From Blastocladiella emersonii ATCC 22665 (Eukaryota > Fungi > Blastocladiomycota): a stretch of 64,000 nucleotides of DNA. The stretch lies in contig JANHCV010000003.1 of assembly GCA_025594325.1 (NCBI GenBank), forward strand, positions 992,001 to 1,056,000, given 5' to 3'. The position numbers and the translations under genes were made by a program. Under the pieces are notes generated by a model that made no database searches, was not told the DNA's origin, and saw nothing but the letters and a program-made list of their open reading frames with translations. Shown piece by piece: positions 1-12,995 of this stretch (within the stretch, counting starts at the first letter, position 1; the number at the start of each line of letters is the position of its first letter).

Positions 1-17
1 AAGGTCGCTGATCGCCT

Positions 18-707
18 CTAGGACGCCAGGGTTCCAAGCGAGGAGTGGGAGAACCGCGAGATAGTCAAGCAAGGACATTGGTCGGACAGCTTGACAAGCG
101 GGCTCGCCCAGTACCACGAGTGAGCGCCGCCAGAATACCGGGACAGATACAGCGCGTGGGAGACCGAGTGCCAGCATGCACGCTTCACGTCAAGCAACTC
201 GGGCGCTCGTTCGAACGTGTCTTCGAGCAGCTTGCGGGCCGCCGTCGCGTCTCCGCTCGCGATGACGGCAAGAATCAGCTGGAGCTGCGAGAAGCCGGGT
301 GATTTGAAACACGACGTGAGCTGCGGTGCGAGGTGCGGGCGGTGGCCAACCAGCTTGTTCTTGCGCTCGGGAGGATCGATGAGCGCAGTGCAGCGCTTCG
401 GATCCGATTTCGCAGCTTCTCGAGCGGGCTGTAAGAGCTGAAGAAAGGTGTCCGACGTTACATAGAAGAGGCCGCGGCTGCGATAGCCCGGTTTGCCTGG
501 TGCGACGCACTGCAAGTAGCCGATGAGGTCGGTCAGAGGAAGCTTTCCCGACGCGATGTCTACCTTGTCAAGGACGTGGTCCCGCGAGCTGCACCACGGC
601 GGCGAGCAGCTCGAACGGGACGTCACCCAGTCGAAAGTCGCCGTTACCGACTCCGCTGTCGGGAGCCTTGCCCGGATCGGCCGCTGGGACATAGTGCGCA
701 GAGTCAT
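18..707 (-). CDS. Hypothetical intronless ORF (229 aa), no recognisable family
   Basis: ATG at 707 to TAG at 18-20 is open. Codon usage is less GC3-biased than in the conserved genes. No motif recognised. Confidence 0.35.
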   Translation of the reverse strand: MTLRTMSQRPIRARLPTAESVTATFDWVTSRSSCSPPWCSSRDHVLDKVDIASGKLPLTDLIGYLQCVAPGKPGYRSRGLFYVTSDTFLQLLQPAREAAKSDPKRCTALIDPPERKNKLVGHRPHLAPQLTSCFKSPGFSQLQLILAVIASGDATAARKLLEDTFERAPELLDVKRACWHSVSHALYLSRYSGGAHSWYWASPLVKLSDQCPCLTISRFSHSSLGTLAS

Positions 708-859
708 GTTTCATTGAAGTTGACGCATGCTCCATGGTGACGAGGTGGCAGGAAGCGCTTACGGCGACGAAAGCGCACTTAAGGAAACTCCACGCCACCG
801 CGCCAACGCGATGATTTCTTCACGTGTTGACCGTATACATGTATTTCGACCACCCCATC

Positions 860-3800
860 TCAAAACTGGCCTGCCTCGGCCAACGTGCCATCAAGCACCG
901 CGACCTGGTCCATGTCGAGCCGGCGAACCCGGCCACGGACCTCGTCGGCGACCGCGTCCGGGATCGCGGCCACGAGCGCCGCGACCACCGCGTCGGTGGG
1001 CGGCGTGACGTGCGCCTCGACCACTAACGCCTTTCGCAGGACAGCAAGCGCCATCCACGCCGCGTCGCCGGTGCGCGGTGCCGCGACGAGCGCCTGGATC
1101 GCGTCACGGGCCGCTGGCCGTAGATCCTCGCCGTCCGCCTGCCCCGGCGCAAGGAACACGGGCGCGAGCGCCATGACGGCCTGGTGCGCGAGCCGCGGCT
1201 GGATCGGGGTCCCGGCCGTCGACACGCGGGACTCGTCGGGCCGCGTCGCTGCCGCGATGATGGAGCACAGGGCGCGGGCAGCGCGGAGCGACGACTTGCC
1301 GGTCCCCGCCGCGATAGCGACGACCTCGCTGCCGTGGTGCTGGACCACGGTATCCGCGCCGTAGTCGGGCGACTGGCGCGCGGCGGCCGCGAGAAAGTCG
1401 AGCGTCGCGTCGACTATGTACGCGTGCGCTGCAGCGCCAGCGGAAGTCGACGGCGCGAGCGAGACGACTTGCAGGATGCGGTAGATTTCGGGGTTGGTGT
1501 ACCGGTCGTACCCGGGCAGCTTGTCGAGCGTCGCGGTGGCGAGACGGAGCAGCTCGACGCGGACGCGCGGCGGCGCCGCCGGGACCAGGTTGCGCGCGTG
1601 GTGCAGGATGTGCAGCAGGACCTGCGCGGCGTGCGGGAGCGAGGACTTGCCGTCGGCGTCGAGGTCCGCGCCCTCGTTCGGGTCCGTCTCCATGGCCTGC
1701 GCGTCGGTCCCGTCGGAGAACGCGTCCGACGGCGACGTCGCCTTGGCGAGGTTCTCGGCGTCCAGGGCCGAGTTGACGAGCACGTCGCCGTACGTCCGCT
1801 TGAGCCACGGCGACGCCGCAGTGAACCGCGCGGGGAGCACCGGTTTCGACTCCCCGACCGCTGCCCGTGGCGGCTTGGCGAGCGAGGGACCGAGCGGCAC
1901 CATCGCCGTGTGCACGAGCTCGAGGATAACCTCGGTAAACTCCTTCCACAGCTCGGGCTGCGCGAGGTGCCGGCTGAGCGCGGCGAGGATCTCGACGACC
2001 GCGTCCTCGAACCAGGCCGCGGCCGCGGCGCCGGCACCGCGGACGACAGCGCGCATCATACGCGGGAGCTGCGGGTTGAGGTTGATGTACCGGATCTGCG
2101 CGTGGAGCGTGTTGATGAGGTACGGCGCGGCGCGGTCGAGGAGCGCCTCGAGCGACGTGCAGTCGAGCTGGCGCGCAATCGAGTCGAGGCACGCTGTCGC
2201 GCACACGTGCAGGGCGCGGTGCGACGCGGCCGAGTAGGCGAGGATCGTCGCGAGGTGGTCGCGCAGGAGCGGCGTCAGCTGCGGCGGCGGGGACGCTGCG
2301 GCGAGCCCGTCAAGGACCAGGGCGACGGTCAGCGGGTCGTCTGAGGTCTCGAGCAGCCCGAGGTACTCGTCGAACACGGCCGCGTCGTACGCCACGGCCA
2401 GGCACTGGTTGAGGACGAGCAGCAGCGAGTAGTGCCGCCTCCGCGGTGTGGCCAGCGCGATAGGTCCATCCTCGACCATACTGTCATCGACGCCCGGCGC
2501 GTTATGCATCGCCGCAACGACCGCGCGCAGCACAGCCTGCGCGACCGCCGGCCCACCCGCCGCAGCCCACGCGCGAATCGACTTCTCGACCGCGTCCGCG
2601 ACAGCGACCTGGTGGAACGCGAGGCAGTTCCACTGGCGCAGTCCCGCGTCGACCTCGGACCGCAGCGGCGTCTCGGGGTCGAGCAGGAGCAGCGTCGACC
2701 ACGCCTTAAGCGTCTTATCCATGGTCGCGGCGAGGAGACTATGACGCGACCCGGCGTCGTCGGCGGGAGCGGCCTCGAGACAGCCGCGGAGCTCACACAG
2801 CCCGCGCAGCTTGTCGTCGTCGGACGCGAGGACCAGCTGGCCGAGCTGGCCGAGCGCGTCATCGAGCGCGCGCGTGCTCGTCGTGTGTGTCGGGTCCGCG
2901 GCCAGCATGACAGCGAGCGCGCGGCGCGCCGCCGTTTCGACCGCAGGGAAGGTGGACAGCGTGTGGGTGGCGACGAAGCGGAAGAGGTAGGGCGCGAGCC
3001 CGCGAAGCGGGGCCGAGCATGACTGCACGAGGGCGGAGCACAGCTCGATGGCCCGCCCGAGGACGACGGGCGCGGCGTCGGGGCCGATCTCGGACAGGAT
3101 GGCGCGGACGAACTTGTCAATCTGCCCCGCGGTCGCCTGGACCCATTCCGGCGTCCGCTTGAAGGCGGCGAGCGGGTTGGTCCCAGGTGCTGGCACGGGT
3201 CGCGCCGGCGCGGGTTTCGGCGGAGCAACGAGGGCGGACCACCGCGCGTCGGGATCCACGGCCGAGTCCAAGCCGTCGGCGAGCGCAGACACGAGGAGGC
3301 GGGCGAGAAGCTCGAGCGCGAGGGCGATGGCCTGCGAGTTTGGGTGCGGCGACCGACACATGGCGGCGAGCGTCGAGACCGTGTTGGGGAGCGCGAAGCC
3401 GATCACGTCCGGGTTGCCGACATTGACGACGAGCAGGTCGTAGATGGCGACCATGGCGCGCAGGCGCAGCGGGAGGAGCTTCTCCTGCTTGATCAGGTCG
3501 AGCAGCGTCGCGTACAGCTGGGTCAGGACAAAGGTGCCGACCTGCGACTTGAACACGTTGGTCGCGGTTGTGGTCGCCTTTGACCGCTCGACGGCGAGGA
3601 CGCGCGGTGGACCCGCATCCGTGAGCGCAAGCGAGACTTGCCGCGCGCCGGATTGCGCCGGCGGGAGCGCGAAAGCGGGGTCGACGCGGCCGAGCACGAG
3701 CAAGAGCAGGTCAACGGACTGCAGGCGCACGTCTTCGGACAGCGAGGGCGCGGCGAGGCACTGGGCGACGAACACGAGCGACTGCTGGAAGGTGGCGTCG

Positions 3801-4287
3801 TGGACGGGCTGCAGCACCTCGCCGTCGGCCAGTTGCGCGGGCGGGTTCGGGGTGCGCGACCACACGAGCTGGAACAAGCGCAGAACAAGCACGAGGAGCG
3901 ACTCGGGAAGCTTGGTGGGAGGCACGGCGCGGATCCGGTGGAAGACCGGGAACAGGATGTACTCGGCGAGCTGGCGGTCGAGCGGGACGGCAAAGGCAAG
4001 CGGCGGCGGTGGCGATAGTGCTACCTCGTCTTCGTCATCAGTGCGAGTCGGTGGCGGAGCGAGCCACTGATCCGCGGCGGTCACGACGCCGCGCAGTGCC
4101 GAGGCAAAGGCGGGCGACTCGACGCCGGCGGGCGCGGCCATGAGCTCGGCGAGGCGCGGGCGCAGGACGTCGAAGACCTGGGTCTGGTTGGCTTCGTGCA
4201 GCGTGCGAGTGGCCTTCCTGGAACGGCGGCGGTCAGCGCCGGCGGTGGTCGATGCATGGTCATGGTGGTCGGAGGAGAGCAGTACAT
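860..4287 (-). CDS. TTI1: TTI1 (TTT complex / Tel2-interacting protein 1), HEAT-repeat protein, about 1119 aa; model complement(join(860..4217,4286..4287))
   Basis: TTI1-like motifs VFDVLRP, LAEYILFP, FALPNTVSTL and APYLINTLHAQIRYINLNPQLPRMMRAVV. Intron 4218-4285 (GTACTG, branch GCTGAC, TTCCAG) joins AT|G to the long ORF. Confidence 0.8.
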
Positions 4288-4731
4288 TGCAGGCAGGTGG
4301 GGAGAACAACGGGAGGCCGTGACAAGGGCGCCGATCCGCCGATGCCGATGCGATTGCTGTTACTTGCTTCCGCGTTGCGTTGTGGAGAGATGGCGGGAAA
4401 GGGGGAGACGCGCGTCAGCGGGTGGAGACAACGGGCTGCCAGCGCTCACGTGTTTTTTGTCTAGCACGGCGGATCGCGTCTCGCGCCATCGCGACGCGTC
4501 GCCGCGCGCGCCCTTGTCGCCGTGTCCGGAACACGCGCGCGCAGCACCGTGGCAGCGCTTGGCACCCGCGAGTAACAAGAAACGCGCGCGCTTGTTGGGG
4601 CGCGTCGTTGTCCGCCGTGGGTCGACGAAGACGGGCTCGCGGCCGCGCGCGCTCCTCGCTCTCCCCGGCAACATAAACAGGCCACTAGACCCCCCGCTAC
4701 GCACTCGATAGACTCTCAAGACTCATATAGA

Positions 4732-6319
4732 ATGACCACCAAACGCATCCTCCTCATCCTCGCCCTCCTGAGCGTGCTGGCCCACGTCGCGCAGGCCTCG
4801 CCCGTCCACTTGCGCCGCCGCCAGACTTCATCGTCCACCGTACGACTCTCGACCTCGATGTTCGGCGCGACTCTGCTCTGACACCTCGAGCGTGTAGGGC
4901 GCAACGGCGACCGTCACCCAGACCGCGACGGCGACCGACGACCAGCCGCTGTGGACCGTGACGTGGCTCCCCGGCAGCACCAACGTGGACGGCGGCGACG
5001 ACGATGCGCTCCCGCCCATCACTCTCGTGCCGCCGACCCCCACGGGCACGGGCACGGGGACCGACGACGAGGTCGGCGGCGAGATCCAGGGCTTCCCCGT
5101 GGACCCGACCGGGGCCGGCGGCAGCATCGCCGTCGTGCCCATCACCACGGGCGACGCCAGCGGTGACGAGGCGGGCGGCGAGATCCAGGGATTCCCGGTC
5201 GACGGCACCATCGCCGGCGGGATCCTCAACAACGGCACGATCCCCGTCGTCGACGACGGCAAGGCGGGCGGCGGCATCCAGGGGTTCCCCATCGGGACGC
5301 CCACCACGATCCCCGAGGACATCTTTGACCAGATCCTCAGCTCGCTCATCCCGTCGGCCACCGAGACGGGCACCGACCTGCCCGACCCCACGTCGCTCCC
5401 GACGCCGACGGGCACGGCCGCCGATGCCGGTTCGATTGCCGCCGTCATCGACACGCTGCAGGGACTCGGCATCGCGGTCGGGCGCCCGGCGAGCGGCGGC
5501 AACGCGTCGGCAGGCGGCAATGGCGGCGCGGTCGAGAAGCCGCGCGCCATGTCGGTCCTCGTCGACATGATCCAGCCGGGCCTGTGGCGCTTCGCGTCGG
5601 GCTGCACTGCTGGTACGCTCACTCACCCTCGACCACATCCCTCCGCCCTATGCTAACATTCGCGCGTAGTCCCGAACGTGTGCTACTCGGCCGCGACGCC
5701 GCGCACCAACCCGCACCTGGGGAAGACGTCGCACACGTACTACGCGGCCAAGAACACGACCTCGGGCTCGCTCAACACCACGACGGGCGTGACCTCGTAC
5801 ACGTACCGCGCGGCGCTCGGCAACGCGTCGATCCCGTACCCGGCCATCAAGCCGCGGTCGCTGCGCGCGTGGTCGCTCGAGGTGAACGCGACGCTGCCGA
5901 CGGACGCGGGCGTGGTCCCGCTCATCAAGCTGGCCGTGGGCCCCGTCGTGCTCGATCTCGTCGACCCGGCGCTGAGCCGCGCCACGGTCGCGGCCGACCC
6001 GGCCACGCTGCGCGAGGCCATCTTTGCGGCGGCGGGCCAGGCCAAGCGCGCGGCGCTCGGCGACGAGGTGTCGGTGCTCGTTTCCGGGTCGCTCGACACC
6101 AACGCCGTGACGATCGTGCAGCGTGGCGTTGCCCAGTACCTCGCGGCGCTGCCTGATCAGACCAAGTTCAATCTGTACGCCGGCCTGCACCTCGCGCCCA
6201 GCGTTGACAAGCACGCTAACTGGACGGGCCCCGTGCTCGGCAACGGCGACGACGAGCCGTGGACTGTCGCGAGCCACGCGCTCAACGTCACCTCGGTCAA
6301 GTTCCGCGCGTTTTACTGA
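4732..6319 (+). CDS. Secreted protein of unknown function, about 490 aa; join(4732..4839,4898..5612,5670..6319)
   Basis: Signal peptide MTTKRILLILALLSVLAHVAQA followed by LRRR. Two GTACG..TAG introns keep the frame. Thr/Gly/Asp-rich middle with three G(E/G)IQGFP motifs, then a globular C-terminal part. Confidence 0.75.
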
Positions 6320-6449
6320 TGCTGTTCCATACCTCCCCTCCTCCTCACTCGACTTGCACGCATGACCTCCTCAGAAATACACTCCCACCCCTGCTCCCAC
6401 CCATCCTTCTGTTGTTACCTAAGACTATCTCTGTTACCCTGCTTTCACC

Positions 6450-9400
6450 TCAATCATCCTCGAGCAACGACGTGCTGCTGTGGTGCGCCTGGAACTGCGG
6501 GCGGAGCCGGCTGTACCGGACGCGGTGGCGAATGCGGTCGAACCAGTCGACGACGTCGCCGGGCGTTGGGAACCGGTCGGGCAGGGTGATATGCCCTCCG
6601 CCACGGGCCTTGTGCCGCATGAACGCGAACGCAGCTCCACCGATCCCGATGGGCACGAGGAACAGCGCGGCCCAGCCGCCCGCGGACATGCCGCCGGCGC
6701 GGCAGTACACCTCGCGGGGCTTGTGCAGCTCGTTGCCGCCCGCGCACACGGACAGCGGGTGCTTGCGGTACCCCGAGGGGACGAGCCGGGTGACGCCATC
6801 GCACGGCGGGTCGGGCGTCGCGACGAGCGGGACGCAGTTGCCCGTGCCGGCTGGGTCCAGGTGGTACCCGAAGTCGCACTCGTAGTCGTCGCGCGTGCAC
6901 GCACAGTTCTGCGTCACCTGCTCGGTCCGCGGCAGGTCGGTGAGTACCGCGCAGTCGCGGCCTTCCTTGCGGCGGTAGTAGACGATCTAGACGCGTGGGA
7001 GCACATGGGTATGTTAGTCAAGTCTCGCGGAACTGAGCACGAAGTGCACGCGTACCCGCTGCCCGTAGAAACACTTGTTCGACTCGAGCGTCCACGGCTC
7101 AAAGTCGGACTTCTCCGAGTCGGCCTTGTCGAACACACACGCGCGCTGGCGCAGCGTCGCAAAGTCGACAAAGTGCATGATGGGTTTCCCGTCGCCCTCG
7201 CGGGTGCCGAACAGGAGGAACCGCTGGGACGTGGCGTCGGGCCGCGTGGTAATCAGCGAGAACCGGACCGCGGCCTCCTCGGTCGCGCCGGACCCGATCG
7301 GCGCGACAATGCGCTGGATGCGGAAGCTGGCGCCCTCGTCGATCGAGTACTTGATCTCGCGGGTCGGCTGCTCGTCATTCACCAGAACCAGGATCGCGCC
7401 GTGGTCGCCAAACTCGTACATGAACGCGCCCTTCTGCACCTCGCGCCACGACTTGCCGCCGTCGCGCGTCAGGAACACGTTGCCGTCCGTGTACCTGTCG
7501 AGTTTCGCACCCACATTACCGACGCCAAGCATGAGCCCGGGAGCGGACACGGCGTCGAACACGTTCTGCGGGTCGCGCCGCTCCGTGTACGAGTGCAGGT
7601 GCAGGGAGCACGCCATGGGGTCGTTCGGGTCGGCGCACGCGACGCGCTGCCCGCGCGAGTCGGTGGCGGGCGCGCGCAGGAACGACCAGGTGGACCCGTC
7701 GTCGTACGTCATCATGGTCTTGAGCCGCTTCTCGGCCTTCCCCGCGACGACGTCGGTCGGGTTGTCGACGACGTTGAGCACCGCGAGCCCCGGGATCGAC
7801 AGCACCTCGTAGTCGACGAACCCGCGGTCGTTCTGCGCCACGTTGTCGCGGACGACCGAGAACAGCGTGCCGTTGCTGTTGGACTTGAACAGCCGGCCGA
7901 ACTCGCGCCCTTGCTCGCGGTGCAGCGCCACGTTGAGCAGCAGCGACCCCGGGTGGCTCGGCAGCGTCGTGTACCCCTCCTGCAGCGCGTCGGCGTTGGC
8001 GGGGAACTGCGCGCGGCCGAAGTCGAACACGTTGCGCGAGATGGCGAGCGCCGCCTTGCCCGTGCCGGCGACCTGGTCGACGACCGCGACGACAAACTCG
8101 CCCTCGGTCGTCAGGTCGACCACGTTCGTCAGCACCGTGTCGACGGTCGCCGAGTAAAAGTCCTCCGAGTACTTGACCACGTCTCCAATGCGGCACACGA
8201 TGCCGGTGCGCGACGCCATGGTGAAGCTCGGGGTCCGCGCCCAGTCGCACGCCGCGACGTTGGTGAGCATCGGGTGCCAGTTGCGCCCGCCGTCCTTGGT
8301 GAAGAAGGCGGCGACGTGGCACCCGGTGCCCGCGGCGCACACGCGCCCGTTGAAGAGCAGCCAGTCGGGCTCCTCGGGGTGCACGGCGAGCGGCGGGATC
8401 CCGTCGACGAACTCGGCGGGGAACTTGGTCGATTGGAACGACTTGCCGGCGTCGCGGCTCGACAGCAGCGTCGTGTCCTTGACGAGGAACACGACGTCGT
8501 GGGTCTGGTGCACGAAGATGCCGCGGACACTCGACTCGCCGCGGGTCCACGACTTGCCCTCGTCGGGGGAGATGAGCACCTGGCCGCTGGTGTCGAGGAC
8601 GACGACCGTCGACTTGGCCGTGTACAGGTGGGTGGCGATGGGCGCGTCGAGGACAAACTGCTTGTGGAAGATCATGGACGGCGCGGGCTCGTTCTCCTTG
8701 CCGCAGATCTTGGTGACCGGCCGCGCGAGGTCGAGCCCGCCCTTGCACGCGCTGGCCGAGATACGCCGGTACCCGGACCGGCCCGTGTACTCCTGCCCGT
8801 CGGGGCAGTTGGCGGGCTTGTCGGGGTCGGCGCCCTGCAGGACGCACCGCCCGGCGTCGTCGCGCCAGTGGTTGACGTCGCACTCGAAGTCGTCGACGTC
8901 GCAGTCGCACACCTCGCGCGTCGCCTGCACGTCGAGCTTGCCGACGAGACACTTGACGCCGGGCTTGCGCCGCGGCCGGTGCACCTTCTCGCCGAGCGCG
9001 CACTGGTCGCCCGTCGACCCGGTCAGCGTCCACCGGTCCATGTCGTCGGTGGTGCACGCGCGCGCGTACTGCGAGAAGTCGATGGCGACGACCGAGTGCT
9101 CGCCCGCGGCGGTGCGCCCGTGGACGTACGCGGTGGGCGTAGTCCCGTTCGCGTGGAAGAAGACGTCGGCGACGCGGAGCGGCTGCGGAAGCGCCAGGGA
9201 CTCCCAGGTTTCCCCATAGTTCCACGTCCACTTGACCTCGCCCGTGAGCGCCGCGGACGCGGGGACCGCGACGAGGAACCCGCCGCGGTCGAGGATTGCG
9301 GCGCGGTGCGGGCCGCGGGCGACCTTCGTCCACGTGCGCCCGCCCGTCACAGACAGGTACGCGTCGGCGTCGTCGAACCGGCCGAGGTACGCGTCCTGGT

Positions 9401-12400
9401 TGCCCGGGTGGCCGACGCCGAACACGATGCCGCCGGCGGACGCGGCCGAGACGAGCGCGGGGAACGGCGACGACGCGGCGTTGTGGAGCTGGACGAAGCA
9501 GTGGTCGTCGCACTCGGTGGACGGGAGCCGGGTCCACTGGCCGCCGTCGTTGAAGGAGATGAACGACTGGACGAGTTTCTGCGACGCACGGCCAGAGCGG
9601 AGCGCGTCGGCGTTCATGACGCGGTTGGCGAGGACGACGGACCGGGTGCCGTGCGGGCGGTAAAAGTCGGCCACGGACCCGAGCGCGCCGCCGCGGTTCG
9701 TGTCGCGGAGCGCGAGCGAGTACAGGGTGCCGTCGTCGTTGGACGCGAACAGGGCGCCGTGCTCGCGGCCGTCGATGGCCGACTGCACCACGTCGAGGAA
9801 CACGCGCGACGGCGACGACGCGAGCACTGTGAACGCGCGCTTGTCGAGGGCCAGGTCGGGCGGGAACTGGATCGGCGTGAACGCGGTGCCGTCCGTGGAC
9901 ACGAGCAGGGTAAGCTCGTTGCCCTTGATCTCGGCGGTCAGGAGGAACCCGTGGTCAACAAAGTACTCGACAATGTGCGGGACGAGCACGCGGCGCTGGC
10001 CGGCGGACGCGCCCGGGTACGCGACGAGCTGCAGGTCGTTGTTGAGCTCGAAGCGGGCGTCGCGCTGCGACCCCTCCTTGCGCGAGTACGCGGCGCAGTA
10101 CACCATGTCCTTGGCGACCTTGCGGAACTCGGTGTCGCGCGAGAACAGGCACTTGCCCGTGTAGTCGTCGACGGCGGCCCACGACTTGCCGTTGTCGCGC
10201 GACACGCTGACCTCGGTGCGGCACTTGGGCCCGCTCGGGCAGTCGCGCGACCCGGCGTACAGGATCCAGTCGGGCTCCCCGGGGTGGAAGTCGAACAGGC
10301 GCACGCCGAGGAGGTTGGGCGGGGACGGCACGTTGACCTTGGCGAAGTTGACGCCGCCGTCGCCCGAGTACCACACGTCGCCGGACGTGAGCACCATGAA
10401 CAGGCGCGCCGGGACGTGTTCGTGCTGCGCGAGGAGCGCGACGCCCTTGAGGCTCTCCTTCCACGTGCGGCCCGCGTCGTCGGACCGGAACGCGTCCCCG
10501 GCGGCGGTGCGCACGAGGATCGCGCCGTCGTCGAGGACGATCGCGTCCTGGACCGCGTCGGGGAACGATTGTGGGAACACGCCGACCTGCGCGGTACCCG
10601 TGCACTCGCGCTCGACGGGCGTGTCCAGCGTGACGCCGCCCTTGCACACGTTGCCGGGGATCTTGCGGTACCCGGACGAGCCCATGTACTTGCCCGAGCA
10701 CAGCTTGGGCAGGAGCGGGTCGGGCGCGCCGTCGACCTGGCGGCACTTGCCGTCGCGCGTCGGCTCGAAGTTGAGGTCGCACTCGTAGTCGTCCTCCTCA
10801 CACGCGCACTCGCGGATCTCGGGCTGGGGGATCGGGGAACCCGCGCGGCCGACGAGACAGCCCGCGCCCGGCTTGACGCGCGAGAACTTCATGGTGCGGC
10901 CCATGACGCAGTCGCCCGCGACCTTGAGCTGCCACGGCTCCATGTCGCCATCGCCGCACTTGCGGGCGAATACGCCGGCGAAGTCGAGGTGCACGACGGC
11001 GTAGGTGCCGCGGTCCGACGACCGGTCGCGCACGGTGCCGAAGGCGATGAGCGAGGCGGACGTCGAGTCGGCGTCAGTCATGAGGGCGCGCACGCGCATC
11101 GCGCGGGCCAGCTTGAGCGTGGCCCATGAGTCGCCGCCGTCCTTGGAGTAGTGGATTTGGTCCGTGGCCTTTTCGTTGTCGGCGAGCACGAGCAGCGAGC
11201 CCGAGTCGAGCTGGCGGTAGTGGTGGGCGCCGTCGCGGACGTGCTTCCACGACACGCCGCCGTCGCGCGACACGAACACGGACGAGTCCTCGTAGTTGGC
11301 GAGCCGCACGCCGACGGACCCGACACCCGTCAGGATGCCCGGGGAGGACTTCTCCGAGTACAGCTTGCCGATGGTGCCCGTGTTGGACGTGACCGAGTGC
11401 AGGTGCAGCTTGCACTCGGGGCTGCCGCCGCACGGCCAAGCTTTCCCCGAAACGTCGGTCGCGGGCGGCGTCAGGTCGTGCCAGTGGGCGCCCTCGTCCC
11501 AGGAGATGCGCGAGACGATATCGCCGCGGTCGGCGCGGAACTGGTTGGCGAGGATGAGGCCGGGCATCCAGTCGACGCGCTCAAAATCGGTGCGGCCGTT
11601 GTTGTCGCGGTGCGTGTCGGTGAGGGCCGTCTTGAAGTAGGTGCCGTTGGAGTTGGACGTGTACAGGGTGCCGGTGAGGCGGCCGGTGAGCACGTCGACG
11701 GAGAGCGAGTAGGGCAGCGACTCGACGAGCGTGTAGGCGTTCTCGCGCAGCGTCGAGGCGAGCGGGAACTTGGCCATGGCCCAGGACGCGCCGTCGAGCG
11801 TCACGTACAGGTCGAGATCCGCGCCGGCGGCGGCGGGGAGGACGGCGGCGGTGATGAACTTCTGCACGACCGAGAGCCCGACGACGCCCGCGGCGGCCGG
11901 GTTGACGGCGCCGTTGAAGTCGACGAGCGTGTGCTCGGACTGGAAGTAGTCGGCGGACCGGACGAGGGTCAGGTCCATGGCGGTGCGCGGCCCGCGCGCG
12001 AGCCCCTCGCGCCACGCGACGCAGAAGACGAGCTTGCTCTCGGCGAGCTGGAACTCGGGCGACGAGTGCGCAAACTTGCACGTCTGCGCGCGCGACAGGA
12101 GCAGGGCGCTCGACTGGAAGCCGTTGACGGTGAAGTAGGCCTGGTCGATGCACGTGTTGCCCGAGCAGTCCTGGGCGTGGAAGATGGCATGGGTTGGCTC
12201 CTGGGCATGGAACTCGAGCGGGGCAGGGCCGCGCGGCTTCATGGGCGTGGTGAAGGCGGTCCACGACTGGCCCGCGTCGGTCGTCTTGAGGTGGTTGGTG
12301 CCCGAGCCGATGATGAAGGCCTGTGCTTGGCGGGTGCGTTAGCGCGATCAGTCGGAACGAGGATGGTCGGTGAGCGGTAGGCGTACCGTGTCCTTGGCAA

Positions 12401-12728
12401 AGGGATGGAGGAAGACGCCGTGGACGCGGGCGCCGAGCGCCGAGGTCTGGTCGATCTTGCGCCAGGAGCTGCCGCGGTCGGGCGAGTGCAGGACGGCGCC
12501 GCCGGCGTTGGCACCCTCGAGGAGCAGAGCGGCGGGCGAGTCGCGGAAGAAGTGCAGGACCTGCGGCACGTCCTTGAGGAGCAGCGTCGAGGACTTGATG
12601 GTGTCGTCGGCGTGCGCGCTCCCAGCAGCGGCCAGCAGGATAGAGCACAGGGCGAGAAGGACAAGACCTGGAAGTTGGGAGGAAGCGGCTCGCGGCCGCC
12701 TCGGCAGCGGTTCCCGCAGTCGCGCCAT
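6450..12728 (-). CDS. VPS10: Vacuolar sorting receptor Vps10/sortilin, about 2047 aa, with three VPS10+10CC modules; complement(join(6450..6986,7056..12320,12387..12728))
   Basis: Signal peptide, many Asp-box SxDxGxxW repeats, three Cys-rich 10CC modules (CxCxxDDYECD-type), TM GWAALFLVPIGIGGAAFAFM, tail with YSRL and LLEDD. Both introns are canonical and in phase. Confidence 0.93.
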
Positions 12729-12995
12729 GGTGTCGTGTAGCGTGGTGATAGGACCGGAGAAGTCGATGCGTGGCAGTGCTCTGCGGCGAGTATTAGAGTA
12801 GCTTCGTTCAAGGGCGGGATGTCGTGAGGGAGCGTGGGAGAGAGGAGCGAGGGCCGACCGAAGCCAAGGACGCGTCGCTCGCGCAGATCGCCGGCGTGAC
12901 CGTCGCCCGTCGCTGCCACCTCTGCCTTCTCCCTCCCCGCCGCGTCCCGTTTCAGGCTGCATGTACCGCGACTCTGAACACGGAGACTCGCTGCA

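Noticed and set aside
6480-11129. 1549-aa plus-strand ORF, and similar long ORFs such as 42479..45781(-), 31747..33186(+), 14872..17073(-) and 32363..34681(-)
   Set aside because: These are antisense or alternate-frame shadows of real genes, produced by extreme GC3 bias that removes stop codons. They show no domain-like content.
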